From NCBI GenBank assembly GCA_951406725.2, contig OX597831.1, forward strand, positions 48,298,001 through 48,362,000: a stretch of 64,000 bases of DNA, written 5' to 3'. The position numbers and the translations under genes are program-made. Numbering within the stretch: the first letter of the stretch is position 1; every line of letters begins with the position of its first letter. The DNA is from Octopus vulgaris. Its lineage: Eukaryota. Below, in pieces: positions 11,965 to 25,975 of this stretch. Under the pieces are notes generated by a model. It was given only the letters and a program-made list of their open reading frames with translations, did no database searches and was not told the DNA's origin.

Positions 11965-12312
11965 AAGGGTAAAAGAGTAAAGACCCCCTTCAGTCATGAA
12001 TGACCATGGGACTGCACCTAGAAAGTTACCCTTTGAGGCACAAGTCCAGCAAGGTCGTTTATGGAAGACCAGTAGTGGCCCATGCATACCAGCCTCTCCT
12101 CTCCATGCCACCAATGTTATCCAAGGGAAAGGCAGAGGCTGATACAGCTTTGCACCAATAGTGTCGCAACTCATTTCTACAACTGAGAGAACTGGAGTAA
12201 TGTGAAATAAAGTGTCTTGCTCAAGAACACAACACACAGCCTGGTCTAGAAATCAAACTCACAACTTCATGACTGTGAGCCTGACGCTCTAACCACTTGG
12301 CCTAGTGCCTTC
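11965..12312 (-). mobile_element. SINE family C (tRNA head, tgttcttgagcaagacact core); relatives at 16310-16456-, 18493-18724-, 43188-43412+, 55949-56170+
   Basis: Shared head ggaggc.cgtggc.tagtggttag and core ttgagcaa.acact..atttcac.ttgctccagtc.actcagct. Confidence 0.75.
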
Positions 12313-12802
12313 AGCTGGGTTTTGGCATCTAGTGATGTGAAAAGGCAACCAACTAGAACCAATATGGCTTGGTACCAGTGTTACTACAGGCATTTCTGTC
12401 AAAGTGTAAAGAATCTGAACACATACTGCAAGATGCCTTGGTTAACCCTTGAACAGTCCTTGTATTAATGCACTATCCTGGATTTGTAATCTTTTTCTTG
12501 ATTCCCAAAGCATGAAAGGTAATATTGATCTCAGTGGGATTCGAACTCAGAGAGCAGAAAGTTCAAAACAAATGACCTGAGGAATTTTAACCAATGCTCT
12601 AATAACTCTGCTAATTCACCTTCTTTGAACACAAACCTACTTGATCAGGTTTGACCCATAATTAAATAATATCACTGTCTATAGTTAAAGTTGTTGTTGT
12701 TGTTGCATGGGCCCAAGTTAGCCTTGATGAGTAGATTTGTTAATACAAAAGTGTTCCAACCATACCTATCCTGTATTTTTTGTATGCATTATATAAACAT
12801 AC

Positions 12803-13118
12803 ATTATTATGGCTGCCCCCTCGTTATCGAGTATGGCCATTGCACGAAGCTTAACTGTTACTGGTGCTGTGGTCAAATATGACTTTTTAGCCCAGCTAAA
12901 GATCTACAATGTCTAGTACAGAATTGGCATCTAAAACCTTTACCGGTAATAGCCGGCTGTAGTTGTAACTGGGCTTCATGTACCTTTGTATGTCGTTTAA
13001 GTCCTCCTGCCGAATTACACTCTCTTCCACATGCCCGACAGATATGATTAGTATGGTGTGTTACACCACCACCAGTGGCCAGGTTGTCACTCATCTGTCT
13101 CGCTTTATGACTACAAAG
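12803..13118 (-). mobile_element. LINE 3' end (RTE-like) with C-terminal C2H2 zinc fingers
   Basis: HICRACGRECNSAGGLKRHTKVH...FRCQFCTRHCRSLAGLKSHI*, then short 3' UTR with ctcg-ataa-cgag stem-loop and (ATA)n tail. Confidence 0.7.
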
Positions 13119-13915
13119 ATGTATGTATGTATGTATGTATGTACATACATACATACATGCATGCATGTATACAAGGCCCCTCATAAATTACTGTACCTAA
13201 TACTTCTCTTCCCAGAGCATCAGCTGGAATTCTCTCCTTGCTCATATCTTCCCCACAATTGTTGACTTAAAAATGTTCCTGAAAGAACATTAACAACATT
13301 GATTTTATCAGTCAAGGAAGGCCTTCAAAAGCCATAGGCATTGCCCCTTTCTCCAGGCCCAGCAGATAAAAGGAAGAAAAAATGTATGTGACTCTCCCTG
13401 TTAGTTTATGGTTATAGTTTTGTTGTTGGTGCTGCTGTTGGTGATGATGATAATGCATCAGTTTTCCAGTGTCTGTAGTGGCTGGATTGATTGCCTCCAG
13501 CAATAACTAGATCTAATGCTTGGCGTTACAAATATGATAATGGCTTTACTAAAAGATTATGTATTATTTAAAGTAATAATTTATAGATTGACTTCATACA
13601 TATGAGTCATTGCAGTTTTATAAATATACAACAATTCCATGAGTCATATAAACATTTGTTTGTTTAACATTGGTTTTTCCATTCGACAAGAGGCTTGAAA
13701 ATGAATATTATTAAAGCATTGTCTTTTTTTTTTGTGCAGCCAGACAATCTTCCCTTTGCTAGCAGCCCTTACTTATTCTTCCACTCATCCATTCATCTTC
13801 TTTGCCCACTATATTCTTGGAAGTGACTTTGGAGTAGAGTCCTGAAGCACCTCTTCCAAAAGTTCCTATCAGAAGCAATAATCATTAGACTTTCTGGCTG
13901 ATTTCCCAAGTGTGA

Positions 13916-14536
13916 CCATCATCATCATCATTGTTCGATCGTGGTCGAGACAAGGGAATTTACTATGCTACACCAGACTTCACGGTCCATCATAGCATTA
14001 TGGAGGTCCTGTTGCTGGATGCCTGTATCCCTGGAGATTACATCAGGGTAGGAGAATGTGCGCCCTCTGGTATCGCGAGTAGATGGCTTCCAGAGGAGAA
14101 GAGTAGAAATTGCCTCATTTTCAGCTCTACAACAATGTCCAGCAAACTGGACTCTTCTACCTTTCACAAGAGATGATACAGGTGGTAGTTTCCCATGTAT
14201 TTGTACTTTGGTTGGATGGCGCTTCCACGAGAGATTTTGAGCTCTCATAAGGAGGTGGGTGTAAGTTCCATCCAACCGCCTCTCAAGCTTCTTTGATAAC
14301 GTCCAGGTTTCTGAGCCATATAGTAGAATTGCTTCGACTGTGGCTTTGAAGATTTTAAATTTGAAATCTCTACTTAGATTTGATGACCAGATCTTATGCA
14401 TATCATTACAGGCTGACCAGGCCATACCCTTTCTAGTTAGAAAATCTTTTCCAGATGATGATATGTATGAACCAAGATATTTGTAACCAGAAACCATAAT
14501 TAAGGGCGTATTGTTGAGAGTATGGATATTATCCAA
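13916..14536 (-). mobile_element. RTE-clade LINE, 5'-truncated (RT domain 7, thumb, C-terminus)
   Basis: YKYLGS...ILLYGSETWTL...RRVQFAGHC...AMMDREVW, then (GAT)n tail. Confidence 0.9.
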
Positions 14537-14925
14537 CCATTTCGTTCTTCATTTATCCAAAGGGCTCAGCTTGAAGAATTCCTCTTGTAATTCTTTCCTG
14601 TGGCATCCTAATCACATGTCCAAATTAGAGCTGTGACCTCACAATGCAGAGAAGTAGTCCATCTTGTGTGAGTGTGTGTGGGGTGGGGGAGCATGAAGCA
14701 ATGCATTATAATATTTATAAATGCCATCCAAGGATTATTATCCTTATTACTATATCATCATCATTTAACATCTGTGTTCCATGGATTTGATCTCAATACA
14801 AAAATTGAATGATGAAATACTGGAAAGTAAAGTATTTTGTTGGATGCTCCAATGCTTGAGAGGAACACTCCTCAGGCATGCATACCCTCAACATAGTTCT
14901 TGGAGAAATTCAGCATGATACAGAA

Positions 14926-15141
14926 TCTTTCTTACTCTAAGCACAAGGCCTGAAATTTTTAGGGAGGGGGTCCAGTCGATTAGATCGACCCCAGTATGCA
15001 ACTGGTACTTAATTTATTGACCTTGAAAGGATGAAAGGCAAAGTTGACCTTGGTGGAATTTGAACTCAAAATACAAAGACAGACGAAGTACCACTAAGCA
15101 TTTTGCCTGGCCTGCTAACGTTTCTGCCAGCTTGCCACCTT
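14926..15141 (-). mobile_element. SINE family B with target-site duplication
   Basis: Flanked by cagcatgatacagaat and cagcacaatacagaat. Confidence 0.85.
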
Positions 15142-15198
15142 CCAGCACAATACAGAATGTGATAAGGCGGGCCTTTTGAAATACATATATATATATAT

Positions 15199-15570
15199 GC
15201 AGGCGTGTTTGTGGTAAGAAGCTTGCTTCTTAACCACATGATTCCAGGTTCAGTCCCACCCTGTGGCAACTTGGGCAAGTGTCTTCTAATATAGCCTTGG
15301 GCTGACCAAAGCCGTGTGAGTGGATTTGGCAGACAGAAACTGAAAGAAACCCATTGCATATATATATATATATGTACATGTGTCTGCGTTTGTCCTCCCC
15401 TCCATTGCTTGACAACTGGTGTTGGTGTGTTTATATCCCTGTAACTTAGCAGTTTGGCAAAAATGATCAATAGAATACTGGGTTCAATAAATTTGACTAT
15501 GAATTCTTCAAGGCAGTGCTGCAGCATGGTCGCAGTTTTATGACTGAAACAAGTAAAAGATAAAAGATAT
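15199..15570 (+). mobile_element. SINE family A, diverged
   Basis: Collinear copy. Confidence 0.8.
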
Positions 15571-17694
15571 ACAGATACATGAAGTTGCTTTCATAGAGTT
15601 TTTGTCTAACATATTCACTTTCAAGATTGTTGCCCAAAGTCCCAAGATAGTATGCAGTGGCACTGACCCACTGGCACATCTTGTAGAGATTTTTTCAGTT
15701 TCCTTCTTTGAAATCCACTTATAAGGTTATGGGCGCCCCAGGGCTGTAGTGGAAAATATTTTTCCAAGGTGTCACACAGTGAAAGTGAACCACATGTTTG
15801 GAAATTGATTTTTTGAACCAAGCAGCTATGCCTATGCTTGTCAGAAAAAAAGCAGGGAGGAAAACTCTCATCAGTTGGAATGGTCATGGCTGGAACATCT
15901 TTGATTCTTACTTTGCTTCATCGGGGCTGACTTGAGATTCAACAACAGCAACAACATCCTAATGGTTTTATCAATCCAAAAATATTAAATAATTTTTCAC
16001 TTTTTGCTATGAATCAACATTATTTCTAATTTAGGCACAACACCAGTAATTTTAAGGAGTTTAGACAATAATGCTGACCCCAGGAGTTGACTGATATTTT
16101 AATATTTGGAACCAAGAAAGCTGAAAGACAAAGTGCTGACCTCAGTTGGATTTGATCTCAGTACAAAAAGTGAATGACGAAATAATGCAAATCTTTGTTG
16201 GATACTCCGATGCTCAAGAGGAACATTCCACAGGCATACATACCTTAACAGAGTTCTTGGAGAAATTCAGCATGATGCAGAATGTGACAAGGCTGGTCTT
16301 TTGAAATACAGATACTACTTGTTTTTGACAGCTGAATGGACTGGTGCAATGTGAAATAAAGTGTCTTGCTCAAATACTCAATGTGCCACCTGGAATTGAA
16401 CTCATGACTTTATGATCATGAGCCAAATACCCTAACCACTAAGCCATGCACCTTCACTGGATAGTGATAACAATGATGGTAGTGACAGAGAAGATGATAA
16501 TAATGGTGATTGATTGAGGAAGTTCACATGAAGCCAACTCATTCAGATAATCTTCGGTTTCATAAAACCTAAATCTGGAACCATTGAGACAGAAACCTAT
16601 TACTTACAATTGGGATACTATTTAATTTACCTTCTTTTTCCAGATGAAATGTAAAAGACATGACACCAAAATATTCAAGTTGTATCTATTTTCCTTTTAA
16701 TAATAAATGTTAGTCAATCGATAAAATGGTATTATTCTCAAGAGGAGACCTAGAAATTGACAATATACTTTGGGATATACACAGATATTTTTTTCCCCAT
16801 TATGGTTAAACTGTTGGCATAAAAATGATTGTATAAGTAGGAAAACAATCATTTGCTCTGCTGGAATGTTGGAATTATTTCAGCAAAGATTAGCCGTTGT
16901 GATAACAAACCACTTGAGACTACTCCTAATTCTAGTATGCTAGCCCCTATTTTAAAATGTTGGCATTTAAATTAGAAAAAGAAAAAATACAGAAGATGAA
17001 AGTGATCATAATTTTAGGCAGGACCTGTTCCTTGCAATATGTTCCAAACATTCGATTAATAATGGAAAAAGTTATTTAACTAAATTCCTGTAAATGTTTG
17101 ATTATTTTTCAACATCAATTCAAAAGCATAGGCAGAATATTTGATTAGGAAGGCAGTTACAAAAGAATAACCAAAAAAAGAAAAAATGCAACATTATTGA
17201 CTTGAATTATCTTTAAACTCCAAACACATGCTGTGTGAAAAACTTTCCAGTTTTAATATTAACCTTATGAATTAAAGACTGGTTGAATCAGATGACTTCC
17301 TGTGGAGTTCTCCAATCAGTCACCAGCATTAATTCCATCACTGTTGTTGTCATCATTACCTTTAACACCAATAATTGAGTTCTTTCTGAGCATCAGAATA
17401 TCAGTAAAAAATACTTTACAATATTTTTTCATGCTAGGACAGCAATCTAGCAGAATCATTAGCACACCAGGCAAAATACTTAGTAACATTTCATCTGTTT
17501 TATCATTCTGAGTTCAAGTTCTGCTGTGGTCAAATTTGCTGTTGATCTGAAATGAGTTGTTAAGTGGTACATCAAGGTGAGAAGATCATGGATTTACCTG
17601 AAGAAGATTCAGTCTAACTGGGTTTAATTGGACCCTCCTGGATATAATAAACCACAACAAATATCATTGATGAGGAGCATCCTTTCCACTGTCT

Positions 17695-17931
17695 AACCTA
17701 TGATGGTGAACTTTCCCTGTGGTGAATTGATGATGGGGAATTTCTGTGGTGAATTGATGGCAGTGAACTTTCCCATCAATTCACCATTTTTTGCTTTCAA
17801 TAAAATAGTTTTAACTATTAATGTTGAGATACTATGGATATATTTTTTCGGTAAACTTTCCTTGTGATGAACTTTCCTCATGTTGAACTTAACCTGCAGT
17901 AAATTGATGGTGATGAATTTACCTGTAATCA
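17695..17931. repeat. Degenerate GGTGAA(T/C)T-motif repeats with an internal hairpin
   Basis: Recurrent ggtgaattgatg/gtgaactttcc; 13-bp stem GGTGAATTGATGG...CCATCAATTCACC at ~17748-17785. Confidence 0.6.
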
Positions 17932-18164
17932 AAAAGTTGTGTGAATTTATCTCTGATTGCTGAACCTCATAAATCAGGAAAAAAGGAGTTGCAATAATTG
18001 TGAAAGTAGTGGTGTAGAAGAGTTATCTAATCCTTGCAGACATGGAAATAGGGGTGTAAAATTTATGTTGATGATGGTGAATTTGGATGATGATATCCAT
18101 AGGTATTTAATCTCACTGTGAAATTGTGCTTTATTGATATATCTACATTAGCTTTGTTTGGTTG

Positions 18165-18408
18165 TCTTTCTGGGTGCTTCAATGATTCTACATGACTACG
18201 CCATCCATCATGGTCCCCCCACCCCATGCATGTCCTTCATTCATCAACATTTGCCATTCCTCTGTCCTGAAGCAAGTTATCCACATAGGTTAGATGTTGT
18301 CTTCTCTTGTTGATTCTTCCTTAAACTGATTGCCATAAGACCATCTGACACAGGTTCTTCAGCATGCCCGATGCAATGACCAGCAAATCTCACTCTTCGC
18401 TGCTGAAT
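18165..18408 (-). mobile_element. Degenerate RTE LINE 3' fragment
   Basis: Reverse complement translates IQQRRVRFAGHCIGHAEEPVSD. Confidence 0.7.
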
Positions 18409-19364
18409 CTATATATATATTTAATTTTGCTGTAGAAAAGGCCATTGCAGGTCACATTCAAGATATGGTTAAAAAAAAGAAGAAAAAAAAAAGGTAAAGG
18501 TTACCTTGTTGGGTCATGCCAACTCATAAAGGTCAGTTACCTGGTTTCTATGGCACCTGGATGGGACAGCAGTCCCTCACAGAGTTACTCACTTTTGCCA
18601 ACTGAGTGGACTGAAGCAACATGAAATGAAGTGTTTTGCTCAAGAACATGTGTTGCTTGGTCCAAGAAACGAAACCACAATCTCACAATCATGAGCCCAA
18701 CACTCTAACCATTAAGCCATGCTCTTACACATTCTACATATGGATATAAATTAGCTTGTTAATCTATTCATAGCCCATGTTGTATCTGTACTGTATTAAT
18801 TATTATAAACGTATAAATGAGGTGTGTTTCTGGGAGATAAACTCCTTGTAGTGTGAGTAAACCAGTTTAATTTAATTCACAGATGAAGCCATTTCAGTTC
18901 TCTTATATCAATAATGCATGCAACAATTCATCAGTAAAGTTGCAGTATACAAAAATAAACATTATTCTCCATCTTTCTGTTGATTTTGTTTCAGTTTGAA
19001 AAATAAAAATTTATTTCACGATATTTTATCTTTTACTAGCTGACCATGTGCTGTCAATAACGATGGCTAATTGTAGTATTTTATATATAAAAAAAGGGAC
19101 AAAATAAGGTACAAAAATAATCACACATACAAACATTCACATACTTCCCTTGTACATGAACACACAAACACACATATACTCACACAGAGTTAAAACACGG
19201 ATTTTTTCCCACCCCCTTCCTTCCTTATTTATCTATCACCCCTTCCTTTCTCTTTCTCTCATTGCAATTATTTTCTCTCACTCCCTCTCAGCCAGGACTA
19301 CTACTCTCACTACTTTTCCTTCACTAAATTACCATTTTCTCTCTTCCTCTGCATCCAGCGTGAT

Positions 19365-19561
19365 TCAAAGAAATTTTAGTTGAATGAATCAACCTCAGAT
19401 CTTAGTCTTTTTTTAAAGCCTGGTATTTATTCTGTTAGCGTCTTTTACTAAACTGCTAAGTTACAGGGATGTAAACATACCATCACTAGTTGTCTAGTGG
19501 ATTTGGGGGATAAACAGAGATACAAAGACACACACACCCACACATAAATATGTATGAGTGA

Positions 19562-19607
<46 letters not shown>

Positions 19608-19995
19608 TTACATATATGACAGCTTCTTTCAGTTTCTCTCTACCAAATTTGCTTACAAGGCTTTGGTTGGCCTGGGGGTATAGCCCAACGTGCCATGTAG
19701 TGGGATTGAATGCAGAATAATGTCATTGGGTAACCAGCTTCTTATTTCTTTACTGCCCTCAAGGGGCTACACACTGAGGGGACAAACAAGGACAGACAGA
19801 TGGATTAAGTCGATTATATCAACTCCAGTTGCGTAACTGGTACTTATTTAATTGACCCCGAAAGGATGAAAGGCAAAGTCGACCTCGGCGGAATTTGAAC
19901 TTAGAACGTAGCAGCAGACGAAATACTGCTAAGCATTTTACCCGGTGTAGTAATGTTTCTGCCAGCTCGCTTACCAGCTTCTTACCATACAGCTA
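19365..19995 (-). mobile_element. SINE A with SINE B (19742-19972) nested in its head
   Basis: accagcttctta is duplicated on either side of the B copy. Confidence 0.75.
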
Positions 19996-20173
19996 CACCT
20001 ATTTTAAATCACATATACATGGAGCACCAAAATTATTTAAATGCTTAAGGCCTCTATGTGTTTTAATCCAGCCCTGGATGTAGCACTGACATGCTGAAAC
20101 TACAACTATGATATATGTATAGACATCACATGTCTATACTTATAACGCACAACATGGCTTCAGTCTGACTTAA

Positions 20174-20394
20174 CCCTTTAGTGTTCGCATTATTCTGACA
20201 AAATTAGCGCTTCTTCATCCACATTGTTTTGAACTAATCATGCATTATCTTGTAGCTATGAGATTTTGATGAGGTAGCAGTTAATTTTTAAAACGATATT
20301 GTAGGGTTGGTGTGAGAGACCAGATCTGGCCAGTTTGAACATAAAACAGGCAGAATACTTTTGGCGGGATATGGCCGGTTTAAATGCTAAAGGG
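20174..20394. mobile_element. piggyBac-type MITE; related copies at ~33176-33390, 51310-51538, 59405-59632
   Basis: TTAA-CCCTTTAG...CTAAAGGG-TTAA (TIRs and TTAA TSD). Confidence 0.85.
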
Positions 20395-22015
20395 TTAATC
20401 TTCAATTCTGAGTCTGTATTATTAGATTTAAAAAAAGAAAAAACAATTTACAGTTAGATTATATCATGACACCTGCAAGAACAAAATTATTGCACAGAAT
20501 ATTTACTGTCTTTGGTGAGAATGTGATGCTCACTTAGCTACTGAAGAATATACATCCCTCCTGAATGTGTCTTTTTTTGTTGTTATTGATTTGTCTTGTT
20601 AATATAATGTTCGTTCAAAACCATTTTCAATTTATATCTTCAAAAATGCTCTTTGATATTAAAAGAGCTATGAAATTAATTTGAACGATATGCGAAACAG
20701 CTATTCAATTAACATTCATGTTAGGCCTCCCAGGCAAGTTATCGTAAAGAAAAAAATTGACTATGTAAACAGTAATGAACATATAAATTATTTCACAAAT
20801 GAATTGTTTAAAGCATTTAAAGTAACACTTTTCTTTTTTTACTTTTTTGATATCTACATAATCACTTAATAACCACTCTCTGCACACTCCACTGAAAAAA
20901 ATAAAGCAAATTGATAAATAGGCACAGACTTGGTTGTGTTGTTAATAAGCTTGCTTTCCAACCATATGGTGTGGGATTCAGTCCCACTGAGTGTCCTCCA
21001 CTATAGTTCCAGGCCACCCAAAGCCTTGTGAGTAGGTTTGGTAAATGGAAACTAAAAGAGTATAAAAGGGATATTGTATTATCTCACGAATTGTCAACTA
21101 GTCAGAGTGACTAGTTGAAGCTCTGCCAATTCTGTTCTAAATATCCTTGGAAATTATGAGCTTCCCTCTCTCTCTTTCGGAGAGGCACTGAGCAGCTACA
21201 TGCACACATACACACATGGCAGTAACTTCCGCCTACCGAATTCAATCACAAAGCTTCGGTTGGCTCGGGGCTATAGTAGAAGACACCTACCCAAAGTGCC
21301 AAGCAGTGGGACTGAACCTGAAACCATATAGCTAGGAAGCAAGCTCCCTAACCAAACAGCCATGCTTCATCTCTGATTAATCAGAAGCATCATGAGTGAC
21401 TAAAACTAATCTTATGACATGTCCTATCATATCCCACACAATGAACCCACATAGTTCCCACGTATTCTGTGGGCCACTCGTTAATGTTGATGTAGCAATT
21501 TGAGAAAAGAATACTGTCTACATTTCTAAGGAGAACCCTCCCACCCCAACAACTACAATATGAACAGCATTTTCTTGTATGGTATTTCCTGGAAAACCAT
21601 CACCAGAACTGTAAAGAAATACTTTCTTTATTAAATTTCCCTCAAACCTTTTCACTTTCCAGCCACAGACAATCTTTTCCCATCACATGTTAAAAGGATC
21701 TTCACTAAAAGGAATTTTGTAAAGCCCTCTTTCATCTACTTCTCACCCATTTTGGTTCAGTGAATGGTATTCCTCTGGGGAAGACCTCGACATTGCCCAC
21801 ACTGGATAAAACGCCTCCAAAACTATCACTTTCTGCTTCATCATTGTCACCCCTATTGACATATACATGTCAAGCAAAAAAGTACACCCAGTCACTTGAA
21901 ACCAACAAGACCACCAACCTAAGTAATGTACCTTCTGGTATTTTTATATGATGTGCCCCTACAATTACCAAACTCTTTCATCACACTCTCTGTAACACAG
22001 GCACATTGTAACATG

Positions 22016-22156
22016 CTTGGAAGCATGTTACAATGTGCCCAAGAAAGGAAATCTTTCGGATCTTGCTAACTACCAAATTATTATATCTCACTGAGGTATT
22101 ATTATTTCATATGTGATAGTGGAAACAGCCACTGAAAGTAACCTTTGCTAACATCT

Positions 22157-22162
<6 letters not shown>
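22016..22162 (+). mobile_element. Very degenerate LINE RT N-terminal fragment (CR1/L2/Jockey-like)
   Basis: Frameshifted WKH...PKKGNLSDLANYQII resembles WK.A...PKKG..SD..NYRPI. Confidence 0.4.
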
Positions 22163-22228
<66 letters not shown>

Positions 22229-22300
22229 TCAAACTATTTAATTATACTTATTACATATTTATTATATCAATATGATATCATATACTTATATAATGATGTG

Positions 22301-22517
22301 TAAGGCGGCAAGCTGGCAGAATCGTTAACACACCGGGCAAAATACTGAGTAGCATCTCATCTGTTTTTATGTTCTGAGTTCAAATTCCACCAAGGTTCAC
22401 TTTGCCTGTCATCCTCTCATGGTAGATAAAATAACTACCAGTTGAACACTGGGATCAATGAAATCAACTTACTCCCTCTCCTGAATTTGCTGGCCTTGTG
22501 CCAAAATTTGAAACCAT
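22301..22517 (+). mobile_element. SINE family B
   Basis: Collinear copy. Confidence 0.85.
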
Positions 22518-23410
22518 TATGTAATGTGATACCAGCAAAGGATACACCACTAGGGATATCACCACTGGGGCTAAGTAAATACATGGTCATGAAAATTTTA
22601 TATGGATGCTCAGGTTATAGATCTTTCTTTTAAACTACATATGAAACATCCAATAATATTCTTGGTCAAATGTTTGGACATTCCATATTATTATAAGGTG
22701 AGAACACTAAGCAGTGGTATGTATAAATACAAAGTTATTGCCAGTTCAAATATGTTTGTGGTATGTTTGAACCTGTAAGAAAGCCATTCTCTGTGTTTTG
22801 TCATGGAGAAAATTTCTAGATGTAGATAAATGGTGTAAACATGCCAAAATCAGCTTGCAGCACCACCTATCCAAACTGTGATATGCTAGCATTTCGGAGT
22901 GGTTATATCTTCTTCAGTCACAGAAACTGAACTGGGTATGCTGCAAGCTGACAAGCATATTTTAACTGGTAATAACAATGTATATATATATATATATATA
23001 TACATACATACATACATACATACAGGTAGTGCTATTAAGTTAGACATGACCTGAGCCTATACTGGCCAAAACCTGTCAAAGTTATAGATATTTAGATAGT
23101 TAGAAACTCTAGGGAAAACTGAATAACAGGTCTTCAGAGAAAAAGCTCACTTCAAGCAAGTTTTTCAACCCTTAACTCCTTAAACTGAGAGGTCTGGACT
23201 GGACAGCATCCAAATCATGACTCCTGGAAACCCCACAACCCTCCTGGTTAGTTAAAGTATCCCAAGTCCAAAGTACCTTGGGTGTTTATGCAGCTCCATC
23301 TGAGATACCAGTTGATGGTGAATATGATTATGCCTTCTGAAACTCATTTCCATTCCTCTTTGATAAGATCTAATTGGAACCATTATAAGTTATTTCTGCC
23401 ATTGCCTTAA

Positions 23411-23630
23411 CCTTTTCATTACCAACCCGGCTGAAACCGGCTCTGGCTCTGAGTACAAATGTCTTGTTTCCATAAGTTTTGAATTAAAATCTTCCACCAA
23501 ACCCTAGTCACAATTTATGTTCCTAACACTAGCTTAATGATAACTAAGTTATTTTACTAAATTCTTTATTACATATAAAGTAATTGAAAGAAACACAGAG
23601 CATCTCAAAATAAATACAGTAACAAAAGGG
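23411..23630. mobile_element. piggyBac-type MITE, second family; relatives near 2120-2332, 4340-4503, 52130-52338
   Basis: TTAA-CCTTTT...AAAAGGG-TTAA. Confidence 0.8.
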
Positions 23631-24054
23631 TTAAGGGCTCTGGTTTTCTGTCTCCTAGAAATTGAAAGTTGTTTCATGAGCTTCAAGAGATTATAGGTAG
23701 ATTTGCTCACAAGCACTCAAGCACCCATCTCTTTGGTGAGGACTTCATTTTGGAATCCAGATTCTTTCAATCTGATGGTTAAACTATTGAATGATTTACG
23801 AACCATTTTAGAGAATGTATTTAATTTTGTTGAATCATGGCAAGGGAGGTATTGAAAAAGTGTTAGTAAAAGAAAATGGGCCATAGTTAAAAAGTTTGAA
23901 AAGCACTGCTGTAAACGATGACATGAATAACATTTTGGCAAAATTGCATCGATTCTGAATCTGTCAGTGATGTCAGACAGAAGGAAAATAAATGGTTAAG
24001 AACTGTTGTTTTTTTTCTTTTGGTACAAGTATATTTGTTCTGACACTTGCACTA

Positions 24055-24065
24055 CACATACATAT

Positions 24066-24157
<92 letters not shown>

Positions 24158-24376
24158 GCACACACACACACATACAGATGGTGGGCCAGTTGATGTTTAA
24201 ATTCCACAGAGAAAGTTTTGTAAGATATTGGCTCTTTCCCTTTGGTGAGAAATTTGAGACATAAAGCCAGAAAACACACATGTGCACGCACACATGCACA
24301 CACACACACACACATACACACACACTCACATGTGCATGCACATACACGCATGCACACACATGCATACACACACACA

Positions 24377-24436
<60 letters not shown>

Positions 24437-24460
24437 CTAGCTCATGTGCACACTCACATA
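24055..24460. repeat. (CA)n microsatellites
   Basis: Direct reading. Confidence 0.95.
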
Positions 24461-25039
24461 TTGCATACATTTTTAAGGCAGGTGGTTTCAGGAATTCCAA
24501 GCAGAATTCTCTTTTCTTTATTAAATTCTCAAGTTACATTTAAAGTTGTTTAGGAAAATTTCATTGGGAAAAAATGTACAAAAATAACATATAACATTTT
24601 TGGTAAACTGCCAGATTTTCTTTCTTTTAATAAAGATATATTTTCTCAATTGTTTATATATTTTACAGGTATTTCTATTTATGTATTTATTTTAAATTTC
24701 GAAAACTTGAAAATAATTTAGAAAAATTTTTGACATCAAATAAAAGGAGAAATATCCTTTAACCCTGGTTTAATATTTAAAAAAAAAGGAAAGGAAAGAG
24801 AATAAGAGAAAAGTATTTTTAATGCTTTTAAGAGTAGTTCTCTTGGTGAATTTTTATATTAAGGTCTTTTGAAGGAAAATCTGTTATTTTGGGAGTACGC
24901 CCAAATTAGACATGGTTCTGTGAGGAATTGACTAGTTATTCTTTTTGCTGCATTTCAGGACTTTTTGCAGGTCAATGGAGTGCAATATTGAGGAATTACA
25001 CTCTGTTGTTCTGGGGTACAGGATATGTAGCTAACTTCT

Positions 25040-25211
25040 ACAAGTGTAGTCATGGCTGTATGATTAAGAAGTTTGTTTCTCATCTGTTTAATCTTCGGTT
25101 CAGTCTCACTATGCAGTACCTTGGGCAAGTATCTTCTACTACAGTCCCCGGGCCAACCAGTGGCTTGTGATTGCATTGGCTAGAAAGAAGCCTATTATGT
25201 ATATGCATGTA

Positions 25212-25250
<39 letters not shown>

Positions 25251-25625
25251 ATGTATGTATGTATGTATGTATGTGCATGTATGTATGTATGTATGTATGC
25301 ATATGTGTATGTGTTTGTGTGCATGCTTGTGCGTGTATGTGTGTATGTATGTATGCATGTATGTATGTATGTGTGTATGTGTGTATGTGTGTGTGTATGT
25401 ATGTATGCCTGTATGTATGTATGTATATGTGTTTGTGTGCATGCATGTGTGTGTATGTGTGTGTATGTATGCATGTATGTATGTGTGTGTATGTGTGCAT
25501 GTTTGTATGTGTATGTGTGTATGTATGTAGGTATGCATGCATGCACGTATGTGTGTATGTATGTATGTATGTATGTATGTATGTATGTATGTATGTATGT
25601 ATGCATGTATGTATGTATACATGCA
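25040..25625 (+). repeat. SINE A 5' half followed by an expanded ~430-bp (TATG/TGTC/TG)n tract
   Basis: SINE head to gaagcc at ~25190, then microsatellite. Confidence 0.85.
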
Positions 25626-25696
25626 GATTTGTATGTTTTGTTTTCTGTATGTATTCTCAAGCATATAGTTGCATATCTAGACATGCTCACATATAC

Positions 25697-25975
25697 TTAA
25701 ATAATAAACTTCTGGAAAGTTTTACAGACTTTTACAGTTCCAGTAATGACTTGGATCTGTAGTCTTTGTATCAGCTTTCTTCTTTCTGGTTTTGAGAAGC
25801 CCAATTTCTCAAGATTGGTATTTAGACAGTATGTTACATACCTGAGTGCCCCAATAGTTACTGGTATAAACCTGAACTTGTAATCTGGATAGAGCAGCTG
25901 TAGATTCCTCAATAGTTCAGCATAGGTATTTTCTTTTTCACTGATCTTTAGCTTTGTGTTAGCATCTACTGGAAG
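25697..25975 (-). mobile_element. R4/Dong-clade LINE 3' end (restriction-like endonuclease C-terminus)
   Basis: PVDANTKLKISEKENTYAELLRNLQLLYPDYKFRFIPVTIGALRYV...VKVCKTF fits P.D.N...K..EK..KY..L...IPIVIGALG. Confidence 0.75.

Noticed and set aside
18870-18940. Minus-strand CTGATGA...GAAA
   Set aside because: Stems I and II do not pair convincingly.
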